Shown: piece after piece, positions 1 to 8,968 of the stretch
Position numbering within the stretch: the stretch's first letter is position 1
Layout of the letters: each line of letters begins with the position of its first letter
Translations under genes and position numbers: made by a program
Source: Finegoldia magna
GTDB taxonomy: Bacteria; Bacillota; Clostridia; Tissierellales; Peptoniphilaceae
Assembly: GCF_032482015.1 (NCBI RefSeq)
Contig: NZ_JAWERR010000004.1
Strand: one strand, 5' to 3'
Length of the DNA: 64,000 nt
The notes under the pieces: generated by a model
Told to the model about the DNA's origin: nothing
Seen by the model: only the letters and a program-made list of their open reading frames with translations
The model's database searches: none

Positions 1-651
1 ATCAATAGTGCTAACGTGACAAAAATGAACTCTACATCCTGTTTTTAAGCTTAAGTAGCAATCTCTAATTGTTTCTAAATCCTCTGCATACCTTGTAGAA
101 ATCTTTGTTAGATTATGGTCTTCTGCATGTACCATTATGCCCTTATTTATTTTTTCTATTTCCGTAAAAATATTAAAGGCTAGTAAAGAATCTGTTATAC
201 CTTTTCCGTCTTCACTAAAGAATTTGATATTATTATCTGCTTTTTCAAAATTAATCATTTCTATAGATTTTAAATCTTTTGTTGTGGCCATGCATTGATA
301 TATATTGATTAGATCAATTTCTTTTGATTTGTCTATAATTTGATTGTAGATTTCATTATTATCCACAACTGGTTTAGTGTTTCCCATCAAATTACAACTT
401 GTGTAGCCTCCAGCAAGTGCTGACAGGCTACCAGTATATAAATCCTCTTTATTTTCTTGACCGGGATATCTGAAATGAGTGTGCAAATCTATGAATCCTG
501 GCATTACAATTTTTCCCTTTACATCAATGATTTCATCACATTTTTCTAATATCTCTCCTATTGCTTTTATTTTACCATTTTCTATTAAAATATCAGCAAA
601 AATATCTTTATCTTTATCTATAATATGACAATTTTTAAGCAGCAGTTTCAT
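1..651 (-). CDS. pyrC: dihydroorotase, N-terminal 217 codons (gene runs off the left window edge)
   Basis: Open minus-strand frame absent from the ORF track because no stop lies in the window. It translates from ATG 651..649 as MKLLLKNCHIIDKDKDIFADILIENGKIKAIGEI...VMPGFIDLHTHFRYPGQE (DxHxH metal motif). The ATG overlaps the pyrI stop (TAATG). Downstream of pyrB-pyrI. Confidence 0.85.
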   Translation of the reverse strand, partial: MKLLLKNCHIIDKDKDIFADILIENGKIKAIGEILEKCDEIIDVKGKIVMPGFIDLHTHFRYPGQENKEDLYTGSLSALAGGYTSCNLMGNTKPVVDNNEIYNQIIDKSKEIDLINIYQCMATTKDLKSIEMINFEKADNNIKFFSEDGKGITDSLLAFNIFTEIEKINKGIMVHAEDHNLTKISTRYAEDLETIRDCYLSLKTGCRVHFCHVSTID

Positions 652-1079
652 TATTCCTCCACGTTATATAAATGATCACAATAATCACACTTATAAGTTC
701 TAGTATCCTTATCAACTAAACTAAATTTCTGTACGATACTTCTTTCAGATTGAGTTATACATCTAGGATTTTTACATTTAATAAAACCTTCAAAATGTTC
801 TGGTAAATTTAAGCTGATTTTTTCTTTTATTTTTTCATTTTCAATTATATTAACAGTCATATTATCATCGAATACTCCAAGTATATCAAAGTCTATATCT
901 ATAACATTTTCGATTTTGATCATATCTTTTCTTCCCAATTTACCTGATTGTGCATTCATGATTAATGCTACTGTATAATCAGCCTTGTCTAACTTTAAAA
1001 GTTGGAATATTTTATAACCCATTCCACATTTGATATGATCGATTACAATACCTTTTTCAATACTATTAATGTTTAACAT
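651..1079 (-). CDS. pyrI: aspartate carbamoyltransferase regulatory chain
   Basis: 142 aa. C-terminal Zn cluster CKNPRC...CDYC and N-terminal allosteric domain pattern. 1-nt overlap with pyrB. Confidence 0.9.
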   Translation of the reverse strand: MLNINSIEKGIVIDHIKCGMGYKIFQLLKLDKADYTVALIMNAQSGKLGRKDMIKIENVIDIDFDILGVFDDNMTVNIIENEKIKEKISLNLPEHFEGFIKCKNPRCITQSERSIVQKFSLVDKDTRTYKCDYCDHLYNVEE

Positions 1080-1999
1080 TATCTCACCCCTAATAATTTC
1101 AATATTAACGCCATTCTAACAATTACACCGTATCTAACTTGCTTAAAATAAACTGCTCTTGGATCGCTATCAACTTCTGTAGCTATTTCATTTACTCTTG
1201 GCAATGGATGAAGAACAGCTAAATCTTCTGTAGCTAATTTCATTTTATCATTATCTAAGATATATGAATCTTTCAATCTAACATAATCTGCTTCATTGAA
1301 GAATCTTTCACGTTGAACTCTAGTCATGTATAAAACATCTAATTCACCGATTACATCTTCCATTTTTTCAACTTCTTTGAATTCTATATTCTTTGATTTT
1401 AAAAATATCTTAATATAATCAGGCACTTGAAGTTCTTCAGGAGATATTAAGACGAACTTGTTGTTCTCATATCTTGACATAGCTTTTATCAAAGAATGGA
1501 CTGTTCTACCAAATTTCAAATCCCCACACAATCCTATTGTCATGTTGTCCAATCTTTTTTTAGTCATCCAAATTGTCAATAAATCTGTCAAAGTTTGAGT
1601 TGGATGTTGATGTCCACCATCACCTGCATTTATCAATGGAACTTCTGCATAAGAACTAGCTAAAACTGCCGAACCTTCTTTTGGGTTTCTCATCGCAATT
1701 ATATCTGTATAATTTGACACTGTTCTTATTGTATCAGCCAAAGACTCACCCTTTGATGTCGATGAACTTGCACTTTCTGAAAAGCCTATGCAATCTCCAC
1801 CTAATCTATGTATTGCTGATTCAAAACTTAATCTTGTTCTTGTTGAAGGCTCAAAAAAAAGAGTCCCTAAGATTTTTCCATTACACAAATTAGAAAAATC
1901 AGAAGGACTCTTTATAATTTCTTCTGCTAAATTCAATATTTCGTTTATCTCTTCTACATTAAAATCATCTGCGTTAATTAAATTTCTATTTTTTAACAT
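1079..1999 (-). CDS. pyrB: aspartate carbamoyltransferase catalytic chain
   Basis: 306 aa. [17 protein letters not shown] and HPLPR motifs. SD AAAGGAG lies 6 nt upstream of the ATG. Confidence 0.95.
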   Translation of the reverse strand: MLKNRNLINADDFNVEEINEILNLAEEIIKSPSDFSNLCNGKILGTLFFEPSTRTRLSFESAIHRLGGDCIGFSESASSSTSKGESLADTIRTVSNYTDIIAMRNPKEGSAVLASSYAEVPLINAGDGGHQHPTQTLTDLLTIWMTKKRLDNMTIGLCGDLKFGRTVHSLIKAMSRYENNKFVLISPEELQVPDYIKIFLKSKNIEFKEVEKMEDVIGELDVLYMTRVQRERFFNEADYVRLKDSYILDNDKMKLATEDLAVLHPLPRVNEIATEVDSDPRAVYFKQVRYGVIVRMALILKLLGVR

Positions 2000-2026
2000 A
2001 ACTATCTCCTTTGATTTATTTTCACT

Positions 2027-2055
2027 ATAATAACATCAAAAAAGATATCTGTCAA
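2027..2055 (-). promoter_or_regulatory. sigma-A type promoter of pyrB-pyrI-pyrC
   Basis: Minus strand TTGACA (2055..2050), 17 nt spacer, TATTAT (2032..2027). About 25 nt upstream of the pyrB SD. Confidence 0.5.
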
Positions 2056-2068
2056 TAGTTTTTTTTAA

Positions 2069-2695
2069 TTAAGAGTTGTAAAATTTACATCTGTCGTTCA
2101 ATATACATTCTTCACATCTTGGATTTCTAGCCTTGCATAGATTTCTGCCATGCCAAATAAATAAGTGATGACTTTTTGACCATCTATCTCTTGGTATTTC
2201 TTGCATCAACGCCTTTTCAGTACTCAATACATCTTTTTCATTTACAATTCCAATTCTGTTAGTTACTCTAAAAACATGAGTATCCACAGCTATAGCTGGT
2301 GTTCCAAATGCGTTGCTTACAACTACATTTGCGGTTTTTCTACCAACTCCTGGTAATTTCATTAATTCATCAATAGTATCTGGAACTTTTGAGTCATAAT
2401 CATGATATAAAACATTACATGTATTAATGATATTTTTTGATTTTGTCTTGTATAGTCCACAACTTTTGATGTATTTTGCTAATCCATCTACTCCTAAGTC
2501 TAATATTGTTTTAGGGGTATTGTGCTCTTTAAATAAAACAGCTGTAACTTTATTAACCCTAACATCTGTACATTGCGCTGATAAAATAGTGGCAATTAAT
2601 AATTCGAACGGAGTAGTAAAATCTAAACCTGCTTTTGCATTAGGATATAAGCTATCTAAATCATCCAAAATTTTATTAATTTTCTCGTAACTCAT
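2069..2695 (-). CDS. nth: endonuclease III (DNA glycosylase/AP lyase)
   Basis: 208 aa. HhH-GPD (LPGVGRKTANVV) and C-terminal 4Fe-4S cluster CKARNPRCEECILNDRC. Confidence 0.93.
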   Translation of the reverse strand: MSYEKINKILDDLDSLYPNAKAGLDFTTPFELLIATILSAQCTDVRVNKVTAVLFKEHNTPKTILDLGVDGLAKYIKSCGLYKTKSKNIINTCNVLYHDYDSKVPDTIDELMKLPGVGRKTANVVVSNAFGTPAIAVDTHVFRVTNRIGIVNEKDVLSTEKALMQEIPRDRWSKSHHLFIWHGRNLCKARNPRCEECILNDRCKFYNS

Positions 2696-3509
2696 GAAAC
2701 TTTCTCCTTAATTCTTCAATTTCAATTTTATATCCATCTAAGTCGTTAGGCGTTTCCAGTATTATTGGTCTGCCCTCTAACCTTTCATTAAAGATTACAT
2801 TAAAAAGGTCTGATTCTCCAATCAATCCCTTACCAAACTTTTCATGTCTATCTTTATTTGCTCCAAATGGCATTATAGAATCATTGCAATGAATTACTTT
2901 TATTTTCTCAATACCAATTAACTTATCAAATTCATCAAGATAATCATCAAAACTATCCAGTCTAATTCCAGAACTAAATAAATGGCAAGTATCTATACAA
3001 ACATACAAGGGAATACTTGCATTACTAATAATATATGCAATTTGGTTTAAATCACATCCAAGTTCACTACCTTTTCCACTCATAGTTTCTATACATATCA
3101 TCTGACCATTTGAAACATCTATTTGATTCAAGCCTTCTACAATTAAATTAAGTCCTTTCTCAATGCCTTGATTTTTATGACTTCCTGGATGAAGAACATA
3201 CTTATCAATTTTCAAATTTTGAATTTTTTTCATATCTTCATTTATAAGCTGAATCGCCAATTCTCTTAAATCTTCTCTATCACTACATAAATTCATTGTA
3301 TATGCTCCATGACACACAATATTATTTATATCATGGGTTTTCCTAAGCTCCAAAAATTTTTCTATTTCTTTATCAGGAATTAATCTAGACTTAGATCCTC
3401 TTGGATTACGTGGAAAGAATTGAAAAGTGTCAGCATTTATTTGTGAGCATTGTTCTATAGTTTTGTGAAGTCCTTTTGATGTAGATAAATGGCACCCTAT
3501 TCTGTTCAT
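2676..3509 (-). CDS. nfo: endonuclease IV (AP endonuclease, xylose-isomerase-like TIM barrel)
   Basis: Track ORF 2676..3521 begins at a TTG. ATG at 3509 follows GGAGGT (MNRIGCHLS...). Motifs HGAY, HPGS, IETM and DTCH. The 3' end overlaps nth by 20 nt. Confidence 0.9.
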   Translation of the reverse strand: MNRIGCHLSTSKGLHKTIEQCSQINADTFQFFPRNPRGSKSRLIPDKEIEKFLELRKTHDINNIVCHGAYTMNLCSDREDLRELAIQLINEDMKKIQNLKIDKYVLHPGSHKNQGIEKGLNLIVEGLNQIDVSNGQMICIETMSGKGSELGCDLNQIAYIISNASIPLYVCIDTCHLFSSGIRLDSFDDYLDEFDKLIGIEKIKVIHCNDSIMPFGANKDRHEKFGKGLIGESDLFNVIFNERLEGRPIILETPNDLDGYKIEIEELRRKFHELREN

Positions 3510-3553
3510 AATTACCTCCAAGTCATTATTATATCACACCTTCATATTTAATA

Positions 3554-3562
3554 TGTTATAAT
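3554..3562 (+). promoter_or_regulatory. extended -10 element upstream of rodA
   Basis: TGtTATAAT at 3554..3562, about 20 nt before the rodA SD GAGGAAG. No good -35. Confidence 0.35.
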
Positions 3563-3582
3563 ACTAGATGAGGAAGTGAGAC

Positions 3583-4686
3583 ATGTTTAATATTAACAAA
3601 AAAAATATATCAAAAATAGATAAAACTCTTATTATCAGTGTTTTAATACTTGTTATTTACGGTCTTGTAGTATTATATAGCGCTGGGTCAAGTCTTTCGA
3701 ATCATTATTTCAGAAAACAATTAATAGCTACAATTATAGGAATAATTGTTGTTTTTTTTATAATTTCACTAGACAACCACATAATAAAAAAACTTAACAT
3801 TCCAATGTACATAATTTGCAATGTTTTACTAGTTTTAGTTTTATTTTTTGGTGTTGGTGATGAATGGGGCGCAAGAAGTTGGTTTAAGTTTGGACCAATA
3901 AATTTTCAACCTTCTGAAATAATGAAGATAGTTCTTATTATTTCACTTGCAAATATTATTGAATCTAACAAGAACAGCCTGAATAATCCCAAAACTTTAT
4001 TAAAAATACTATTTTTTGCTTTTATTCCTGTAGCTCTAATTTTAAAACAACCAGACGCAGGAACAGCAATGGTGTATACATTTATAATAATAGTAATGTT
4101 ATTCACAGCTGGAATTGATTGGAAATATTTAATAGGAGCAATTGTCTTAGGAATAGTTAGTTTACCTTTTTTATACTTGAGGCTAGATCAATTTCAAAGA
4201 GATAGAATATTAAATTTTGTTCATCCTGAAAGAGATTTATCAAACACTGGATGGCAAGCCCTTCAAGGTAAAATAGCAATAGGATCAGGAAAATTGACTG
4301 GTGAAGGTTTCTTAAACGGAGTACAAAGTCAATATAATTTTATTCCTGAAAAGCAAACAGATTTTATTTTTGCGGTATTAGTTGAAGAATTTGGATTTAT
4401 CGGTGGATTTATATTGATTTTATTATATGCCCTAATGCTTTATAGATGTGTGGTTATTACTCAAAACTCAGATAATTTATACTCTAAATTATTGACAATT
4501 GGATTTGCAGCGATGTTTTTATTCCACATATTTGAAAATATTGGAATGACTATTGGTGTAATGCCTATAACCGGTATTCCATTGCCATTTTTTAGTTATG
4601 GTGGAACATTTCAAATTATCAACTTAATATCAATTGGATTGATTATATCTTCATCAATTCAAAAAGATCCATTGAATTTCATTTAG
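3583..4686 (+). CDS. rodA: FtsW/RodA/SpoVE family peptidoglycan glycosyltransferase
   Basis: 367 aa polytopic membrane protein. QPSE, PDAGTA and C-terminal GIPLPFFSYGG SEDS-family motifs. Confidence 0.85.
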   Translation: MFNINKKNISKIDKTLIISVLILVIYGLVVLYSAGSSLSNHYFRKQLIATIIGIIVVFFIISLDNHIIKKLNIPMYIICNVLLVLVLFFGVGDEWGARSWFKFGPINFQPSEIMKIVLIISLANIIESNKNSLNNPKTLLKILFFAFIPVALILKQPDAGTAMVYTFIIIVMLFTAGIDWKYLIGAIVLGIVSLPFLYLRLDQFQRDRILNFVHPERDLSNTGWQALQGKIAIGSGKLTGEGFLNGVQSQYNFIPEKQTDFIFAVLVEEFGFIGGFILILLYALMLYRCVVITQNSDNLYSKLLTIGFAAMFLFHIFENIGMTIGVMPITGIPLPFFSYGGTFQIINLISIGLIISSSIQKDPLNFI

Positions 4687-4694
4687 GAGGAAAT

Positions 4695-5165
4695 ATGAAT
4701 AAAATAGAAAGTTTTAAAATTAATCACTTAAAATTATTACCAGGAATTTATGTATCAAGAAAAGATTATTTAAACAATGAAGTATTAACTACTTTTGATT
4801 TGAGAATAACTGCACCTAACAGAGAACCTGTTATGAACACAGCAGAAGTTCACGCAATAGAACATTTAGGAGCTACATTTTTAAGAAATAAACTTGAAAA
4901 TGAAGTTATCTATTTTGGACCTATGGGTTGTAGAACAGGCTTTTATCTAATCTTAACCGGAGATAGAAAATCTGAAGATATCGTAGACTTAGTTAAAGAA
5001 CTCTTTGAATTCATATCCAATTACGAAGGTGATATACCTGGTCAATCAGCAAAGGACTGTGGCAACTATTCAGATATGAATTTAAATATGGCAAAATTCT
5101 ACTCTGATAAGTACTTGAAGGTTCTAAATTCTATTAAAACAGAAAATTTAATCTATCCAGAATAG
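4695..5165 (+). CDS. luxS: S-ribosylhomocysteine lyase
   Basis: 156 aa. HAIEHL metal motif and GPMGCRTGFY. SD GGAGGA. Only 8 nt after the rodA stop. Confidence 0.95.
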   Translation: MNKIESFKINHLKLLPGIYVSRKDYLNNEVLTTFDLRITAPNREPVMNTAEVHAIEHLGATFLRNKLENEVIYFGPMGCRTGFYLILTGDRKSEDIVDLVKELFEFISNYEGDIPGQSAKDCGNYSDMNLNMAKFYSDKYLKVLNSIKTENLIYPE

Positions 5166-5167
5166 AA

Positions 5168-5211
5168 AAAACACAATTTAGTATAACTAAATTGTGTTTT
5201 TATTTTTTTTA
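5168..5211. terminator. bidirectional intrinsic terminator between luxS and tdk
   Basis: 14-bp perfect stem AAAACACAATTTAG / CTAAATTGTGTTTT (5168..5181 / 5187..5200), 5-nt loop, then a T-run. The right arm encodes the last codons of tdk. Confidence 0.8.
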
Positions 5212-5819
5212 TCTTTATCTAAATATGTTGTTTGTAGTTCTGTTAGCTTCTTTTCATTCATTTTTTCAATATAGTGTTTTCTACATAATGGCATATATGC
5301 CTCACTAGCACCCAACTGTATTCTGTTTTTATCGTCTGATATACGATAACTTACCCATGCATCATTTCCACACACAGCGCACACAGCGTGGTGTTTTTCG
5401 ACGTAATCACATATAGGCAATAATTCCTTAACAAGTTGAAATGGCTTGGCTTTATAGTCCATGTCAAGTCCAGCAGCAATAATTGTGAATCCTTTTTCCA
5501 AAAGATAGTTAATTTGTTTTACAAAATGATCTGCTTTTGAATTAATAAATTGCACTTCATCTATAGCAATGACATTTACATCATGAGTTTTTGTATATTC
5601 AACTATATCGTCAATGTTATCGACATTTATTGCTTCAATTTCGTTTTTATCATGTGTTACTACTTTTTCCTTAGAATATCTGGAATCCATCTTTGGTTTA
5701 AACACAACTACATTGTACTTAGCGATTTTAAACCTATTCACTTCTTTCCATAGACTAGATGTTTTTCCGGAAAACATAGATCCAGTATGCACTATTAATT
5801 TTCCTCTATATTGATGCAT
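5187..5819 (-). CDS. tdk: thymidine kinase
   Basis: 210 aa. P-loop GSMFSGKTS and C-terminal Zn ribbon CAVCG...CRKH. Confidence 0.93.
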   Translation of the reverse strand: MHQYRGKLIVHTGSMFSGKTSSLWKEVNRFKIAKYNVVVFKPKMDSRYSKEKVVTHDKNEIEAINVDNIDDIVEYTKTHDVNVIAIDEVQFINSKADHFVKQINYLLEKGFTIIAAGLDMDYKAKPFQLVKELLPICDYVEKHHAVCAVCGNDAWVSYRISDDKNRIQLGASEAYMPLCRKHYIEKMNEKKLTELQTTYLDKDKKNKNTI

Positions 5820-5820
5820 A

Positions 5821-6405
5821 CTAATTCCTTGAAATTTCTATTGATTGAATAATAATATCATCCAACGGTTTATCTGAAAAGTCAGTATCTACGTTAGCAA
5901 TTTTGTCTACAATATCCATTCCACTATAAACTTGACCGAATACAGAATGTTTTCCATCTAACCAAAAACATCCCCCATTATTTTTATAGTATTCTTTTTG
6001 TTCTTCGTTCAAAACACATTCATCAAGATATTTAATATAATCTTTTCTAATTGAAGTATTTTGAACTATGAAAAATTGAGATCCATTAGTGTTCGGTCCA
6101 GAATTAGCCATAGATAAAGCTCCTCTTATATTTTTTAAATTATCAGAAAATTCATCTTCAAAAGGCTTTTCCCAAATGCTTTCTCCGCCATAGCCTGTTC
6201 CTTGTGGATCTCCTCCTTGAATCATAAAATCTTTAATGACTCTATGAAAAATAGTTCCATCATAATATCCTTCTTGTGCATGAGTTACAAAATTTTCCAC
6301 ACAATTTGGAGCATCATTTTCAAACAAACAAATTTTTATTTCTCCTACATTTGTGATTATATTTGCCATTAATTGCTCTTTTTTTGGTATATCTGTTTGA
6401 TACAT
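5821..6405 (-). CDS. ppiB: cyclophilin-type peptidyl-prolyl cis-trans isomerase
   Basis: 194 aa. [39 protein letters not shown]. Confidence 0.92.
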   Translation of the reverse strand: MYQTDIPKKEQLMANIITNVGEIKICLFENDAPNCVENFVTHAQEGYYDGTIFHRVIKDFMIQGGDPQGTGYGGESIWEKPFEDEFSDNLKNIRGALSMANSGPNTNGSQFFIVQNTSIRKDYIKYLDECVLNEEQKEYYKNNGGCFWLDGKHSVFGQVYSGMDIVDKIANVDTDFSDKPLDDIIIQSIEISRN

Positions 6406-6423
6406 ATTTCCTCCATAAATAAT

Positions 6424-6449
6424 TAAACTGCTTTTTTAAAAGCAGTTTA
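6424..6449 (-). terminator. hairpin at the 3' end of the response-regulator gene
   Basis: TAAACTGCTTTT / AAAAGCAGTTTA stem overlapping the stop codon. Only about 20 nt before the ppiB SD. Confidence 0.5.
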
Positions 6450-7145
6450 AACTTTTGTATTTGATGAGAAGTAATATCCTTCTCCCCATTTTGTCCTAAT
6501 TATTAATGATTCGTTATCTTTGATTTTTTCTCTTAATCTTTTAATGTGAACATCAACAGTCCTGATATGAGACTGTGCATCTTCCCATAATTTCGCAGCC
6601 AGTTCTTTTCTTGAAAGAACCTTATCTTTGTTAGAAACAAGTGCATATAACAATTCAAATTCTCTTCCTGTTAATTCTATATCTTGACCATATCTTTTTA
6701 CAGTTCTTGATATCAAATTAAATTCAAATTCACCGATTTGTATTATATTTGTTTTATTACTATCATTTACTAAGTCTGATTTTGTTCTTCTTAGAACTGC
6801 TCTAATTCTTGCTTTCAATTCAAGCATATTAAATGGATAAACTACATAATCATCTGCGCCATATTCTAACGCTAAGATTTTTTTCATATCATCTGATTCG
6901 TCACTAACAAAAATCGTCGGAATAGAATATAATTTGCTGATTTCTTTTTTGAAATCTAAGCCTGTACCATCCGAAAAATTCATATCACTAAGCAAAAAAT
7001 CATAGTAACCTTTTTTTAGTTTTTCAAGTGCATCTTCAATTGTAGAGCATTCTGAAACTTCATAATTTTCATCATTAGAAAAATTCAAAATAATCTCATC
7101 TTTATATACATTAGATGGAAAAACTAACAGAATTCTAAGTTTCAT
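6447..7145 (-). CDS. OmpR/PhoB-family response regulator with atypical receiver domain (orphan)
   Basis: 232 aa. C-terminal winged helix (LTGREFELL...VDVHIKRLREKI...GYYF). The receiver keeps D54 and S81 but lacks the N-terminal acidic pair and the conserved Lys. No kinase gene nearby. Confidence 0.85.
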   Translation of the reverse strand: MKLRILLVFPSNVYKDEIILNFSNDENYEVSECSTIEDALEKLKKGYYDFLLSDMNFSDGTGLDFKKEISKLYSIPTIFVSDESDDMKKILALEYGADDYVVYPFNMLELKARIRAVLRRTKSDLVNDSNKTNIIQIGEFEFNLISRTVKRYGQDIELTGREFELLYALVSNKDKVLSRKELAAKLWEDAQSHIRTVDVHIKRLREKIKDNESLIIRTKWGEGYYFSSNTKV

Positions 7146-7153
7146 AAGATTGA

Positions 7154-8218
7154 TTAGATTACTTCAATAAAGTGATCTGTTTTTTCCTTTACTCTTCCTA
7201 TTATATTTCCAACTTGGCCAGATTCGTGTAGTTTTTCTACAAGTTTATCAGCATCTTCCTTAGATAATGCAATTAATAATCCACCTGATGTTTGAGGATC
7301 AAATACTAAATCATCTATGAAGCTGCTAACATTTTTGCTGATTTGTACATCATTTCTGATAAAGTTTCTGTTGTCATAAGCTCCTTTTGGAACTAATCCT
7401 AAGTTAACGAATTCTTCTACTCCTTCGAAAATAGGTAAGTTTTGTGAATCAATTTCTATTGTTAAATCAGATCCCTTAGCCATTTCAAGTGCATGACCAC
7501 ACAAACCAAATCCTGTTACATCAGTAGCAGCATGAACTTCCAGTCCATCGCATGCTTCCTTAGCGTATTTATTCAATGTAGACATAGATTTGATAACTTC
7601 ATCAAATAATTTTTGATTATCCATTCCACCTTTTATAGCAGTATTTACAATTCCTACACCTAATTTTTTAGTTAATACAACTACGTCACCTACTTTAGCT
7701 GTAGAGTTGGCCCAAACTTTATCAGGATGGTTTATTCCTGTCACAGACAATCCATATTTAGGTTCATCATCTTGAATTGTATGACCACCAACTAACAGAC
7801 ATCCTGCTTCTTTAGCCTTATCAGCACCACCCTTTAGGATTTCAACTAAAATATCTTGATTCATACAATCAGAAAAACAAACAATATTTAAAGCTAACAA
7901 TGGATCTGAACCCATAGCATATAAATCACTTAAAGAGTTTGCCGCAGCTACTTGACCAAATGTATATGGGTCATTAACAACCGGTGTAAAGAAGTCTAGA
8001 GATTGAATTAAGCATAAATCATCTCTTACTTTATAAACAGCACAATCATCGCTTGTATCTAATCCTACTACAAGATTATCATCATTTACTTTTTCAAGGT
8101 GACTCAATACCTCAGCTAATTTACCAGGTCCTATCTTTGCTGCACATCCAGCTGTTTGAGTAAACTCAGTTAATTTGACATCTTCTGGTTTAATTGTTTT
8201 GTACTTTTTGTCTAACAT
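7154..8218 (-). CDS. selD: selenide, water dikinase (selenophosphate synthetase), Cys type
   Basis: 354 aa. N-terminal TQTAGCAAKIGPG (Cys/Lys catalytic loop, no in-frame TGA). AIR-synthase-like fold motifs. SD AAAGGAG. Confidence 0.92.
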   Translation of the reverse strand: MLDKKYKTIKPEDVKLTEFTQTAGCAAKIGPGKLAEVLSHLEKVNDDNLVVGLDTSDDCAVYKVRDDLCLIQSLDFFTPVVNDPYTFGQVAAANSLSDLYAMGSDPLLALNIVCFSDCMNQDILVEILKGGADKAKEAGCLLVGGHTIQDDEPKYGLSVTGINHPDKVWANSTAKVGDVVVLTKKLGVGIVNTAIKGGMDNQKLFDEVIKSMSTLNKYAKEACDGLEVHAATDVTGFGLCGHALEMAKGSDLTIEIDSQNLPIFEGVEEFVNLGLVPKGAYDNRNFIRNDVQISKNVSSFIDDLVFDPQTSGGLLIALSKEDADKLVEKLHESGQVGNIIGRVKEKTDHFIEVI

Positions 8219-8230
8219 TTTTTATCTCCT

Positions 8231-8869
8231 TTAATCTATAGTTATTAAACTTTTCAATGATTCAAAAGTTTTATCGCCAATTCCATCTACATTTTTTATT
8301 TCTTCAATTTTTTTAAATTGATTTTTTTCTCTAAATTCTATTATTTTTTTAGCTTTGGAAGGTCCAATCCCTGGTAATGTTTGCAATTTATTACTATCAG
8401 CAGTATTAATATTTACAAGATTACCTGAGTTACTATCTTTTATTGTAACAATCTGGGAGTTTTCAGTATCATTGTTTTGCGCTTTTGAAGTTTCTGATTT
8501 TGAAGGAATATAGATTTTCATCTCATCTTTTAGCTTCATCGCCAAATTTACACTTTTCTTATCAGCATCTTTTGTGAAGCCACCTGCTATTTCAACAATA
8601 TCTTTGATTCTATCTTCTTTTTTAAAAGGATAGACACCAGGTTTGTTTACACAACCATCTATCTGACACATCTTAGTAGAATTATCTTCAGCGTTTTGTG
8701 TATTATTTTCAGACTGCTTATTTACGCTTTCTGTTGATTTTGTATCAACAAAAGCTTGAATTTGATTGTCATTCAAATTATCAGAATTAGATTTATAATA
8801 ACCAAAACCAGCTAAAACAACTATTGCCATACCAATTAAAATTTTATCTTTAGAAAAATTGAAATTCAT
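8231..8869 (-). CDS. comEA: ComEA-type DNA receptor (TM anchor, SLBB domain, tandem helix-hairpin-helix)
   Basis: The track ORF extends to 8956. ATG 8869 follows AAGAGG (MNFNFSKDKILIGMAIVVLAG...). C-terminus NINTADSNKLQTLPGIGPSKAKKII...VDGIGDKTFESL. Confidence 0.88.
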   Translation of the reverse strand: MNFNFSKDKILIGMAIVVLAGFGYYKSNSDNLNDNQIQAFVDTKSTESVNKQSENNTQNAEDNSTKMCQIDGCVNKPGVYPFKKEDRIKDIVEIAGGFTKDADKKSVNLAMKLKDEMKIYIPSKSETSKAQNNDTENSQIVTIKDSNSGNLVNINTADSNKLQTLPGIGPSKAKKIIEFREKNQFKKIEEIKNVDGIGDKTFESLKSLITID

Positions 8870-8968
8870 AGTGCGCCTCTTATATCTATATACTCTATAA
8901 TAACATATGCACAAGCAATTCGTCCAATAAAAAAAGCTACTGGCAATAATTGCCAATAGCTAAAGATT

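Noticed and set aside
8870-8956. N-terminal extension of the comEA ORF. Analogous upstream extensions occur at mprF 25678..25731, yloV 48398..48454, infC 23116..23175, nfo 3510..3521 and prkC 53778..53792.
   Set aside because: The track takes the most upstream possible start codon. In each case an internal ATG (ATA for infC) with a properly spaced SD gives the family-typical N-terminus. The extension either overlaps the upstream gene or runs through a terminator.
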